From: a virus
Lineage: Duplodnaviria; Caudoviricetes
Direction: 5' to 3' (one strand)
IMG/VR virus record: IMGVR_UViG_3300036794_000124
Location: 1 to 54,276 of that record
DNA: 54,276 nt
The notes under the pieces were generated by a model, which saw only the letters and a program-made list of their open reading frames with translations, made no database searches and was not told the origin of the DNA. Shown here piece after piece: positions 34,915 through 43,305 of this stretch; position 1 is the first letter of the stretch, and the number at the start of each line of letters is the position of its first letter. A program made the translations under genes and the position numbers.

Positions 34915-36018
34915 TCAGGCGATCGCTTCGACCTTGGGCCCGACCTGGATGGCGTTGACCTCGGTCCCGGTCCAGCCGAGGCCGGTGTCCGGATCGAGCT
35001 CCCAGATGTCGAAGTAGTACTGGTAGCTTTCGTTGGTCAGGTGATCGGCGCCGGTGACCTGGGTCGAGCCGGCCTTGAGCACCTGGCGGGCGGTGATCTG
35101 GGTCGCGTCGTCCTGGCGCATCGCCCCGCGCACCTGCACGCCGTGGACGATCGAGGCGTTGACGACGGCCTGGACGGTGTAGGTGTCCAGGTCCCCGACC
35201 ACGCCGTCAGAGACGTAGGTCGTATCGTCGAGGCCGAAGTTGGAGGCCGCCTGCCAGTTGGTCCCGGCCCCGTTGGGCGTGAAATCCGTCGTCGCCCCGG
35301 CCCCGGCCATGAACTGGGTGCGGACCTGGACCGCGCCCAGGAAGTCGTTGTTCACGCTGCCGGTGAGGTCGCAGACGTAGAGGTCGTCCAAGGCGAAGGC
35401 GGCCTGGGCGTTGCCGACGATCTGGCAGCCGACGCTGACGGCGTCGAAGCCGGCGACGCCGGTGGCCTGGGTGTTCGTCGAGACGACATGGATGACCGAG
35501 CCGGTGTTGACGCGCACCTCGGCCTCGCCGGTCGAGGTGTTGATCGTGGCCTTGAGTTCGACGGTCATCCACCGATCGTCGTCGAAGGCCCCGGCGTCGC
35601 TGGCCGCCAGGAGCGTCCCGCCGATGTCGCCGCGCCACAGGCGGATGATCCCCATGGCGTCGAGGGAGACGGTGAGCTGCGGGGCGTTGGTGACGGCGTC
35701 GTAGAGGCGAAGACACGGGCTGGCGATCGTGCCCGATCCCCGGAACATCCGCGCCCCGACGACGCCGCTGGCGGTGGCCGAGACGCCGAGCGGGAGCACC
35801 ATGTTGGGATTGGTGTAGGTCGGGCCGGCGCCGAAGACCGCGTCGACGAAGAGGGCATGGCCCCAGCCGAAGACGCCGGCGATGATCGCCGGGCGGTAGT
35901 AGTCCTGCAACGCGCCCGGCTGGAAGCGCCAGCCGCCGCCGGTGAGATGGCTGGCCGTCAGGGCGTTCTGCGCCGAGGCGAGCGGGATGTAGTCGAAGCC
36001 GTCGACGCGCAGGAGCAT
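34915..36018 (-). CDS. Virion structural protein downstream of tape measure
   Basis: MLLRVDGFD start, LDDLYVCD.TG.VNNDFLG, W...P.TG..WT..EVNA; position. Confidence 0.7.
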   Translation of the reverse strand: MLLRVDGFDYIPLASAQNALTASHLTGGGWRFQPGALQDYYRPAIIAGVFGWGHALFVDAVFGAGPTYTNPNMVLPLGVSATASGVVGARMFRGSGTIASPCLRLYDAVTNAPQLTVSLDAMGIIRLWRGDIGGTLLAASDAGAFDDDRWMTVELKATINTSTGEAEVRVNTGSVIHVVSTNTQATGVAGFDAVSVGCQIVGNAQAAFALDDLYVCDLTGSVNNDFLGAVQVRTQFMAGAGATTDFTPNGAGTNWQAASNFGLDDTTYVSDGVVGDLDTYTVQAVVNASIVHGVQVRGAMRQDDATQITARQVLKAGSTQVTGADHLTNESYQYYFDIWELDPDTGLGWTGTEVNAIQVGPKVEAIA

Positions 36019-36020
36019 CT

Positions 36021-38768
36021 TTAGCCCCTCGCGAAGTTGAAGTGGCCGCCGCGGTGCATGCCCTTGAGCAGCTTGGCGAAGTGGCCCTGGCTCGATTCCA
36101 GGGCGCGGACGATCTGGCGGCCGTCGAGCCCACCGTGGCCGGCGTTGACGGTGACCCCGAAGTTCCCGTGGAAATCCCCGCCGCGAACGCCATTCGCGCC
36201 CGCGCCGCCGGCGACGGCGGCAATGAGGGCGGCGTTGTCGGCGGCCGGGATGATCCGCTCGCCGGCGTGGATCTGGGCGAGCATGTCGGTCGGGACGACA
36301 TTGGTCCCGACGGCGAGACTGGCGAGGCCGGCGAAACCCAGCGCCGCGGCGCTCATCGACGCCCCGAAGGCCGGCGCGCCGAGGTCGAGGGGGAACGGGG
36401 CCCCGGCCATGGACGCCACGCCCGCCGCCCCGGCGACGCCGGCGTAGCTGGCCACCTGGGCGACGGCGGTCGAACTCTGGGCCGCCTTGCCCACGATCAT
36501 GTTGACGATCCACTGCTCGATCATCCGCTCGATGGCTTCGATAACGAGGTTCAGCGCCTCCTCGCCGATGTTGCGCAGCGCCTGGCCCCAGGTCTCGGTG
36601 CCCTCGATCAGGCCCTTGATCTGCGTTCCGGTCGTCGAGACCATGGGATCGACGACGCTGTGCCAGGCGCTCCTGATCTTCTGCTGGTCTGCGATCTCCT
36701 GGTTGACCATCTGGTTTTCCAGGACCGCGTGCTGGTTGTAGAAGGCCGCGTCGGCGGCCTTCTTGGCGTTCATCGCCGCCGCGTATTGGGCGCTCTGCTC
36801 GCCGAAGGCGCGGGCGGTGTTGGCCACGTCGGCCTCGCGCAGGGTGTTCTCGGCGGCGTAGGTGGCGTTGAGGTCGGCCACCTCCTGCTGGGCGAGTTGC
36901 TTGTGGAGCGCAGCGACCTGGAGGGCGGCGCGGATGTCGCCGAACGCCCCTCCGGCCTTGCCACGCTCGTTGATCAGGGACTCGGCGGTCCGCGCGTCTT
37001 CCTGGCGGATCGTCCGCTGGGTGGCCAGGGACCCCTTCAGCTCGTCGAGGCGCTCCTTGTCGGCGTCCTTGGCGATCTGGGCCATGACGTGCTGGTGCTC
37101 GCGCTGGGCGGCCTCGAACTCGCGGTAGGCGCTCAGATACTCCTTGGACTCGGCCCCGTAGTGGTCCTTGATGAAGGCGAGCTTGGCGTTCCAGTCGGCC
37201 TGTTCCTTGGCCCAGTTGTCCTTGTCGGCGGCCAGCTGGACGGCGAGGACGGCCAGGTGCTCGTCATAGGCGTCGTGGGCGAGCTTCTTCTGGGCCTCGT
37301 AGATCTTCGACTGGACGTCCAGCCACTCCTTGGACCCGGCCTTGGTGAGGGCGAGCTTGCCCTGCCAGAACGCCAGTTCGCGGGCGGTGTTGTCGGCGAA
37401 GAAGTCGTTGGAGGCGATCTCCTGGGCGTGGAGCTGCTCCTCCCATTCGGACATGATCGAGGCCCCGCCGCCGCCCTTCTTGTGCTTGGCGACCTTCGGA
37501 GCGGCCAGATCCTGCGGCTTGGCGGCGGGCGCCGTCATGGCGTTGATGCCCTCGCGGATGGCGTTGAGCCGGTCGGCCGAGGCCGTGTCCGCCGCGCCGA
37601 TCTGCTGCATCAGGCCGACGAATTCCCGCATCGGCCCAAGACCCGGGATCATCGCCGAGAGCATCTCGCCGATGCTGACCTTGAGGCCGGTGACGCCGCG
37701 GGCGGCGTCGTTGGCGGCGGTGAAGAACTGGCCGATCGGGCCCAGGACGTGCTCGACGCCCTTCAGGAAGTCGGCGAAGCCCTTGGCCCCCTCGGCCACG
37801 GCCTGGGCCATGCCGACGATGGCCGGGGCCAGCTGGATGAAGGCGACGCGCAGCTCGCCGTCGATGACGGCCTTCCACTCGCGCATCTTGCCGGCCGACT
37901 CGGAAGACTTGGCGATGACGTCGGCGGAGATGATGACCCCAAAGCGGTGCGCCTCGTCGATGAGGTCGCTCATGCGGCCGCGCGCCTCGATCATCGAGGT
38001 CATCACCTCGGGATCGATCTTCAGGCGCTGCGAGAGGGCCGCCCGCTCCTCGGGGTCGAGCTTGGCCATCGCGTCGAGGATGTGCGGCAGCTGCTCCTCG
38101 AGCGTGCCCCAGCCGCGCAGATCCTCCGGGCTGATCTTCAGGCCGTCGGTGAAGGCCTTGACCGACATCGAGCGGGCGAGGCCGCTCTCGACCAGGCCGA
38201 TGGTCTTCTCCAGGCCCGACAGGGCCTCGCGGCCCTTGGCGACATCGATCCCCATGGCGTTGAGGGCGAAGTCGAACTCCTGGAGCTGGGTGGTGGTGAG
38301 GCCCAGCGTCGTGGAGGCCCGCTTCAGCTCCTCGGCCCACTCGGCGGCCTTCGTGGCCTTCTCGGCGGCGAACGCCATGGCGGCGAGGCCCGCGGCGGCG
38401 GCGATGCCGGCCGGCCCCAGGGCGGCGACGGCCGAGCCGAAGATCGGGATCTTGGCCCCGGCCTCCTGGATCACGCCCAGGCGCGAGCGGTCGAGAATGT
38501 TGAAGAGCGCGTTCTGGCCGCCGCCGTGCGAGCCCAGCCCCTTCATCTCGCCGTCGAGCAGCTTGATCTGGGCGCGGGTCTTGGCCACCGAGTCGGCGGC
38601 CTTCAACATATCGGCGGAGACCGCCTTGCCGGCGCTGTTCTCGTTGGCCGCCTTGGCGAAGGAGTTGAGGTCGCTCGTCGCCGCCTTCAGCTCCGACGAC
38701 AGGATCGCCCGCTTGGCCGTCAGGTCGGCGACGTCGGCGGTGATCTTGACGGCGATGTTGTTGGCCAT
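36021..38768 (-). CDS. Tape measure protein
   Basis: 915 aa, Ala-rich helical, NIAVKITAD start, GTNVVPTDMLAQIHAGERIIPA C-terminal motif. Confidence 0.9.
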   Translation of the reverse strand: MANNIAVKITADVADLTAKRAILSSELKAATSDLNSFAKAANENSAGKAVSADMLKAADSVAKTRAQIKLLDGEMKGLGSHGGGQNALFNILDRSRLGVIQEAGAKIPIFGSAVAALGPAGIAAAAGLAAMAFAAEKATKAAEWAEELKRASTTLGLTTTQLQEFDFALNAMGIDVAKGREALSGLEKTIGLVESGLARSMSVKAFTDGLKISPEDLRGWGTLEEQLPHILDAMAKLDPEERAALSQRLKIDPEVMTSMIEARGRMSDLIDEAHRFGVIISADVIAKSSESAGKMREWKAVIDGELRVAFIQLAPAIVGMAQAVAEGAKGFADFLKGVEHVLGPIGQFFTAANDAARGVTGLKVSIGEMLSAMIPGLGPMREFVGLMQQIGAADTASADRLNAIREGINAMTAPAAKPQDLAAPKVAKHKKGGGGASIMSEWEEQLHAQEIASNDFFADNTARELAFWQGKLALTKAGSKEWLDVQSKIYEAQKKLAHDAYDEHLAVLAVQLAADKDNWAKEQADWNAKLAFIKDHYGAESKEYLSAYREFEAAQREHQHVMAQIAKDADKERLDELKGSLATQRTIRQEDARTAESLINERGKAGGAFGDIRAALQVAALHKQLAQQEVADLNATYAAENTLREADVANTARAFGEQSAQYAAAMNAKKAADAAFYNQHAVLENQMVNQEIADQQKIRSAWHSVVDPMVSTTGTQIKGLIEGTETWGQALRNIGEEALNLVIEAIERMIEQWIVNMIVGKAAQSSTAVAQVASYAGVAGAAGVASMAGAPFPLDLGAPAFGASMSAAALGFAGLASLAVGTNVVPTDMLAQIHAGERIIPAADNAALIAAVAGGAGANGVRGGDFHGNFGVTVNAGHGGLDGRQIVRALESSQGHFAKLLKGMHRGGHFNFARG
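36183..36197. repeat. Dispersed palindrome, one mismatch (GCGAACGCCATTCGC)
   Basis: Near the 3' end of the TMP gene. Confidence 0.75.
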
Positions 38769-38775
38769 GGCGGCG

Positions 38776-39080
38776 TTACTCCGTCACGTCCGGATAGGGG
38801 CTGACCCACTCGGCGGCTTCGTCAGTTTCGGCGTCGCCGGTGCCCTCGAACGGCGTTCGCTCGGACGGCGGGGCCCACCAGCCCTGGCGCATGAAGTAGA
38901 GGGCCAGGAAGTGATCGGCCGGCGGCCGCTCAGTGAGATCACGCTCCATATCGGCGTAGAGCGGCCAGGTGAGGGTGCTCCACCAATATTCGCGGGTGTG
39001 GCCGTAGTGGCGGCAGGCGCGGAAGACGACGCCTTCCCAGTCCGGATCGGGGGCTACGGCGCCCCCTCGCCCTCCCCCGG
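38776..39080 (-). CDS. Tail assembly chaperone gpT part, reached by -1 frameshift
   Basis: Open in the -1 frame relative to 39054-39515; candidate slippery CCGGGGGAG at 39072-39080; directly before the TMP. Confidence 0.65.
38846..38860. repeat. Dispersed palindrome, one mismatch (TCGAACGGCGTTCGC)
   Basis: About 80 bp upstream of the TMP start. Confidence 0.75.
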
Positions 39081-39515
39081 CTCGTCGCCCGCCCCCGCCT
39101 CGCCGCCGAAGAGGAAGAGGCCGCTCTGGCGGCGCACGGTGAGCCAGGCCATCTGGCGCTCCGCCTCGGCCGAGGGCCACGCCTCGAACTCCTCGCGCTT
39201 CAGGTCCGGATGGGCGGCCTGGAGGGCGGCCAAGATCGGGCCCATGACCAGGCGGTCGAAATCCTCGTTGGTCAGATCGGCGAAGAGCGCGCCCATGGCG
39301 ACGAAGTGGCGGCCGCGGCGGCCGTCTTCGCTCTCGCCCTCGGGCGCCTCGGCCTCGCTGGCGGCGACGGCGGCGTTGATCCGGCCGTTCATCTCCAACA
39401 GCTCGCGGCGGCACTTGCGCAGATCCCTCCAGGCGAGCTCGGGGATCGGCCAGTCCTTGCCGGCCAGGGTGATCGTAGTGGTGGTGGCCGGATCGAAGGG
39501 GGCCGGTTCGGTCAT
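39054..39515 (-). CDS. Tail assembly chaperone gpG
   Basis: ITLAGKDWPIPEL start, ends ...PGEGEGAP; position; GAGGA RBS. Confidence 0.75.
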   Translation of the reverse strand: MTEPAPFDPATTTTITLAGKDWPIPELAWRDLRKCRRELLEMNGRINAAVAASEAEAPEGESEDGRRGRHFVAMGALFADLTNEDFDRLVMGPILAALQAAHPDLKREEFEAWPSAEAERQMAWLTVRRQSGLFLFGGEAGAGDEPGEGEGAP

Positions 39516-39549
39516 GTCGGTTTCCTCGCCCTGTCGGGGGCTTTGTTCT

Positions 39550-39933
39550 TCAGCTTGGCGGCGGCGGGTAGCGGGCCTCGCCCATGCGGCGGCTCACGCC
39601 CTGGAGCATCTCGGGATGGTCGAGGCGCTGGATGGTGATCTTGCCGAGGATGAGGTCGGTGGAGAGGTCGAGGTCGCCGAGCCTCGCCAGGAGGATCAGC
39701 AGCCGCTTGCGGTTGCGCAGGATGGCCGAGATGCAGTCGCAGGCGATCGGCGGCTGGCGGCGCAGCACCAGGTGCTGGGTGAGCTTCCTGGCCACGAACG
39801 CCACCGCCTGCTCGACCTCGAGCTGCGAGAGCTTGAGGTCGGCCTGGACCCGCTCCATGGGCAGGCCCCGGGCGATGTTCTCGAAAGCCAGGCGCCGGGT
39901 CAATCCCAGCGCCCGGCGCTCGCCGTCGGTCAT
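39550..39933 (-). CDS. Hypothetical protein between tail tube and chaperone
   Basis: GGAGA RBS; HTH-like LPMERVQADLKLSQLEVEQAV. Confidence 0.6.
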   Translation of the reverse strand: MTDGERRALGLTRRLAFENIARGLPMERVQADLKLSQLEVEQAVAFVARKLTQHLVLRRQPPIACDCISAILRNRKRLLILLARLGDLDLSTDLILGKITIQRLDHPEMLQGVSRRMGEARYPPPPS

Positions 39934-39977
39934 CGGCGCTTCTCCAGCGAACAACGCGGCGGGTGCGCTGGCGGCAG

Positions 39978-40119
39978 CGGGTTGATCAACGCGTCATCCC
40001 CGGCCTCGTGCCGGGGACCCATACGCGCCGCTGGTCATCGTGATCATGGGTGGCCGGGACAAGCCCGGCCATGACGCGTTGGTCGCTGGATGAGCGCCGG
40101 CGCTGCCGCCGCGTTGATC
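39978..40119. repeat. 142-bp structured REP-like direct repeat, copy 1
   Basis: 15 mismatches to 40900-41041; GTCAT...ATGAC ends around two GC hairpins. Confidence 0.92.
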
Positions 40120-40126
40120 TCGCGGC

Positions 40127-40885
40127 TTACGCCGCCTCAGCGAAGGTGGCCGTCCCCAGGCTGTCGGTGCCGTCGGTGGCGGCCATGTATTCCAGGGTGT
40201 AGGTCCCGAAGCCGGACTTCTTCACCGCCAGGGCCGCGCCCTGGGAGATGCACTTGTTGAAGACGAAGATGTCCTGCTCGGCGCCCCACGGCAGCACGTG
40301 GACGGCGGTGAAGGCGCCGGTCGCGCCTTGAAGCTGGTTCTTCATCGCCATGCTCTCGCCCGCCGTCGAGTTCGAGTAGAGGTAGGAGAGCTTGACGTTG
40401 GCCCCGGCGTCGGAGCTGTGAAAGGTATAGACGCCGGCGGTGGGCCCGGAATAGGAGACGCCGGCCGCCGGCGAGACGGCGCGGCTGTAGATCGCCCCAG
40501 TGTCGGCATTGACGACGCCCAGGTCGCTGACGATCGAGCCGTGGTTGGCGACGGTGACCGTGAAGGTCGAGGCGGTCGGGACGACGCCGGCCTCGCCGTC
40601 GGCCTCGAGGTATTGGCCCACCGTGCCGGCGTCGCCGAACACGATGTCGGTCATGAAGCGGGCCTGGGTCTTGGCGTATTCGACCTTGCCGGTGACCTCC
40701 ATCTCGCCGGCCCCCACTTCGACGGGAAGCTGGCCTTCGCCGAACAGGGACTCGACCTTGCGTTTGAAATCGACCGACTGGCCTTGCGGCACGAGAGCGC
40801 GGGCCGGGGTCGGGTTGGAGACGTTGGCGGTGGCGAAGACGCGGCCGGCGCCGAAGGTCGGCTTGCCGTCGAGAACGGTGGTCAT
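40127..40885 (-). CDS. Major tail (tube) protein
   Basis: FGAG......NPTP....Q..SVDF....ESLFG.GQLP..VG.G...VTGK; position; AAAGGA RBS. Confidence 0.8.
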   Translation of the reverse strand: MTTVLDGKPTFGAGRVFATANVSNPTPARALVPQGQSVDFKRKVESLFGEGQLPVEVGAGEMEVTGKVEYAKTQARFMTDIVFGDAGTVGQYLEADGEAGVVPTASTFTVTVANHGSIVSDLGVVNADTGAIYSRAVSPAAGVSYSGPTAGVYTFHSSDAGANVKLSYLYSNSTAGESMAMKNQLQGATGAFTAVHVLPWGAEQDIFVFNKCISQGAALAVKKSGFGTYTLEYMAATDGTDSLGTATFAEAA

Positions 40886-40899
40886 GTGCGTTGTCCTTT

Positions 40900-41041
40900 C
40901 GGGTTGATCAACGCGTCATCCCCGGGCTTGTCCCGGGGACCTATGCGCGCTGACGGTTACGGTGATCATGGGTGGCCGGGACAGGCCCGGCCATGACGCG
41001 TTGTTCGCTGGATGAGCGCCGGCGTGGCCGCCGCGTTGATC
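40900..41041. repeat. 142-bp structured REP-like direct repeat, copy 2
   Basis: Same length and orientation as 39978-40119. Confidence 0.92.
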
Positions 41042-41240
41042 AGCCCTCGCTCTCAGCGCTTTCGGCTGGCGGGGGCGACTTGGCGACGATCTTCGCCGTC
41101 GGCGACAGACGGTCGATCAGGTCCGGCAGGGCCTCGAAGACCTGGTTGTAGGCCGGGGTGTTGCGGGCGATCTCGCCGGTGGCGATGCGCTCCTGAAACC
41201 AGGCGGTGACGGTGTCGGCGGCGGAGGGGTTGGCGGCCAT
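41040..41240 (-). CDS. Hypothetical protein
   Basis: GGAGA RBS, 66 aa. Confidence 0.6.
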   Translation of the reverse strand: MAANPSAADTVTAWFQERIATGEIARNTPAYNQVFEALPDLIDRLSPTAKIVAKSPPPAESAESEG

Positions 41241-41255
41241 GAGGATTTCTCCGTG

Positions 41256-41891
41256 TCAGGGAAGCGTGATGCGCAAGGGGATGCGCGAGACGGCCCGGCC
41301 GGCCTGGTCGCCCGGCCATGAATCGGCGCGCCCTTCGATGCGGGCCCAGTAGACGGTTCCGGCGAGGGTGCAGCGCGGATCGCCGTAGTCGGTGTCGGGG
41401 GCCAAGGCGGCGCCGGCGACGAGCTGCTCCAGGGCGGCGAGGCCGACGTCGGGGGCGAGATCAGGGTCCTCTCCGGCGTCGCAGTAAATCCACACCTCGG
41501 CTTCGACCGTCGTGACGGGCAGCAGCTCGTCGTAGGCGACCTCGAAGCCGATACGGCGCAGGAAACCGGCCGGGGCGGGCACGCCCTGCCCCCAGTGCTG
41601 GAGGCGGCGGCTCCACGACAGGAACCCGGCCGTGAAGGCCTGGGCCGTCCCGCTCGTCTCGGCCGGATCCGTGAGGGTGACGGTCCGCGCGCCCGGGTCG
41701 AGGGCGGCGATCGTCGCACCCCGCGCCGCGCCCGGCCCGGTGACCGGCAGGCCGACGAAGAGGCCGGTGAAGCTGGAGACGTTGGCGAGCACCGGCGAGG
41801 TCGCCGTGGCGTCGGCCGTGAAGGCGAGGACCGTCGCGGCCTGGAACCTGGCGAGCAGGGCGGCCATGACCGGCTCGAAATCGGCGTTCAT
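41256..41891 (-). CDS. Probable tail terminator/completion protein with inserted beta domain
   Basis: SRRLQHW..V..PA, TLAGTVYWARIEG....PGD..G.A...IP; position. Confidence 0.65.
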   Translation of the reverse strand: MNADFEPVMAALLARFQAATVLAFTADATATSPVLANVSSFTGLFVGLPVTGPGAARGATIAALDPGARTVTLTDPAETSGTAQAFTAGFLSWSRRLQHWGQGVPAPAGFLRRIGFEVAYDELLPVTTVEAEVWIYCDAGEDPDLAPDVGLAALEQLVAGAALAPDTDYGDPRCTLAGTVYWARIEGRADSWPGDQAGRAVSRIPLRITLP

Positions 41892-42391
41892 GCGCCGGCC
41901 TTGGCGGCGGCCTTGTCGACCACGGCCCCGAGCCGGGTGAAGATTTCGCCCTGCATCGCCGCGAGCGGCCCGCGCTCGAAAGCGTGCTCGGCGATGTCCG
42001 GCGTGCGGGTGTAGGCGTCGACCAGCACGGTCATCGGGGCGTTGAGCGCCGCGCCCCAGGCGTGGTCGAGGCGCATCTTGTGGGCCTTGACCTTGGTCGG
42101 GCGATGGGCGCCGTATTCCAGGGCCGAGGCCTTGCCGAAATCCCGCGAGCCCTTCTCGCCGGCGATGTCGACGACGCCGGCTATCCGGTTCTTGTCGTCG
42201 AACATGCGAGCGCGCTCCTGCGACCGCAGCCGGCCGGTCCGGCTCGGCGTCGCGGCTTCGACGCGGGCCAGCAATTCCTCGGCGAGGGCGTGGATTTCCG
42301 AGTAGAGCGCGCCATGGAGGTCGTCCGGGAACCGCTCGAACAGGATCTCGACGTTGCGGGCGCCGGTGATCTCGGCGTGGATATGATCCAT
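41888..42391 (-). CDS. HK97 gp10-like neck protein
   Basis: TPSRTGRLRS, ALEYG, VDAYTR; position. Confidence 0.7.
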   Translation of the reverse strand: MDHIHAEITGARNVEILFERFPDDLHGALYSEIHALAEELLARVEAATPSRTGRLRSQERARMFDDKNRIAGVVDIAGEKGSRDFGKASALEYGAHRPTKVKAHKMRLDHAWGAALNAPMTVLVDAYTRTPDIAEHAFERGPLAAMQGEIFTRLGAVVDKAAAKAGA

Positions 42392-43305
42392 CAGGTGGCC
42401 GCCACGGGGACGCGGTAGGTGTCGAGGACGGCCTGGATGTCGGGCGTGAACGCCCCCTTCTGGCCTGGCGCGCCGCCGAACCAGAAGCGCTCGGTGCCGA
42501 CGGAGGGCGTGTCGCGCTGGATGAGGGCCGGATCGCGGCCGCGGGCGCGGAACCGGCCGGCGACCAGGCGCAGGGCGACGTCGACCAGGTCGAGCGGGAT
42601 GGCGGCCGTGGCGTAGGCGAAGGTCAGATCCTGGCCGACGTCGGCGAGGCTGAAGGTGTAGACGCCGGCCGCGACGCTGTATTGGCCGGCTCCGGGCGTC
42701 CCGGTGACGCGGGCCAGGGCCACGCCGGTGTTGTAGCTCACCGACTGGTCGCAGGAGAACGTCGAGGCCTGGGAGACCGTCACCTGGAACGGCGTGGCCG
42801 GGACGACGTGGGTTTCGGTGACGGCCGCGCCGTAACCGGCGACGTAGGCGACGGTGAGCGGCAGAGGCTCCCAAGGCGTCGGGATGTCGGTGGTGGCATC
42901 GAGGCGCAGCAGTTGGCCGACAGCATAATCGACCCGGAAATCGGTTCCCTCGACGAGGGTCGACGTCACGCCCTCGGCCGAGGTCTGGACGACGCTGGCG
43001 ACCACGATGATCGGCCAGCGGGCGAGCTGGAGGCGCTGGGAGTTGCTGGGAACCTGGTAGCGGCCGCGCGGCAGGTCGAAGAGGTCCTGGACCAGCTCGG
43101 GAGCGAAGACGCGGTTGGTGGCGCTCATCACCAGGCGCGAGACCTGGCCGATCGCCCTGCCGAGCCATGTGTCGTCGGAGGTCTTCGACGCCGGGATCGA
43201 CAGCTCGTCGTGGACGGTGGCGAGGTCGGTGAGGTCGTAGGTCTTGGCCGCCGCCAGGACGGTCGTGACGACCTCGATCCCGTCATTGAGGAGCCCGGTG
43301 GTCAT
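42391..43305 (-). CDS. Head-tail adaptor/connector with inserted beta domain
   Basis: YDLTDLATV..EL...DD..L...I...S......R.F, L.L.RWP, Y.AGY, IP.DL, LD.YR. Confidence 0.75.
   Translation of the reverse strand: MTTGLLNDGIEVVTTVLAAAKTYDLTDLATVHDELSIPASKTSDDTWLGRAIGQVSRLVMSATNRVFAPELVQDLFDLPRGRYQVPSNSQRLQLARWPIIVVASVVQTSAEGVTSTLVEGTDFRVDYAVGQLLRLDATTDIPTPWEPLPLTVAYVAGYGAAVTETHVVPATPFQVTVSQASTFSCDQSVSYNTGVALARVTGTPGAGQYSVAAGVYTFSLADVGQDLTFAYATAAIPLDLVDVALRLVAGRFRARGRDPALIQRDTPSVGTERFWFGGAPGQKGAFTPDIQAVLDTYRVPVAAT

Noticed and set aside
29530-38804. Long plus-strand ORFs (29530-32205, 36042-38804 and similar)
   Set aside because: Antisense shadows of tail genes with clear minus-strand motifs
39072-39080. 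Programmed -1 frameshift as a novelty
   Set aside because: Standard gpG/gpGT mechanism; listed as a feature only
39978-41041. Repeats as CRISPR array, att sites or DGR TR/VR pair
   Set aside because: Two long copies with no spacer series or cas genes; far from the integrase; mismatches are not adenine-specific and no reverse transcriptase is present
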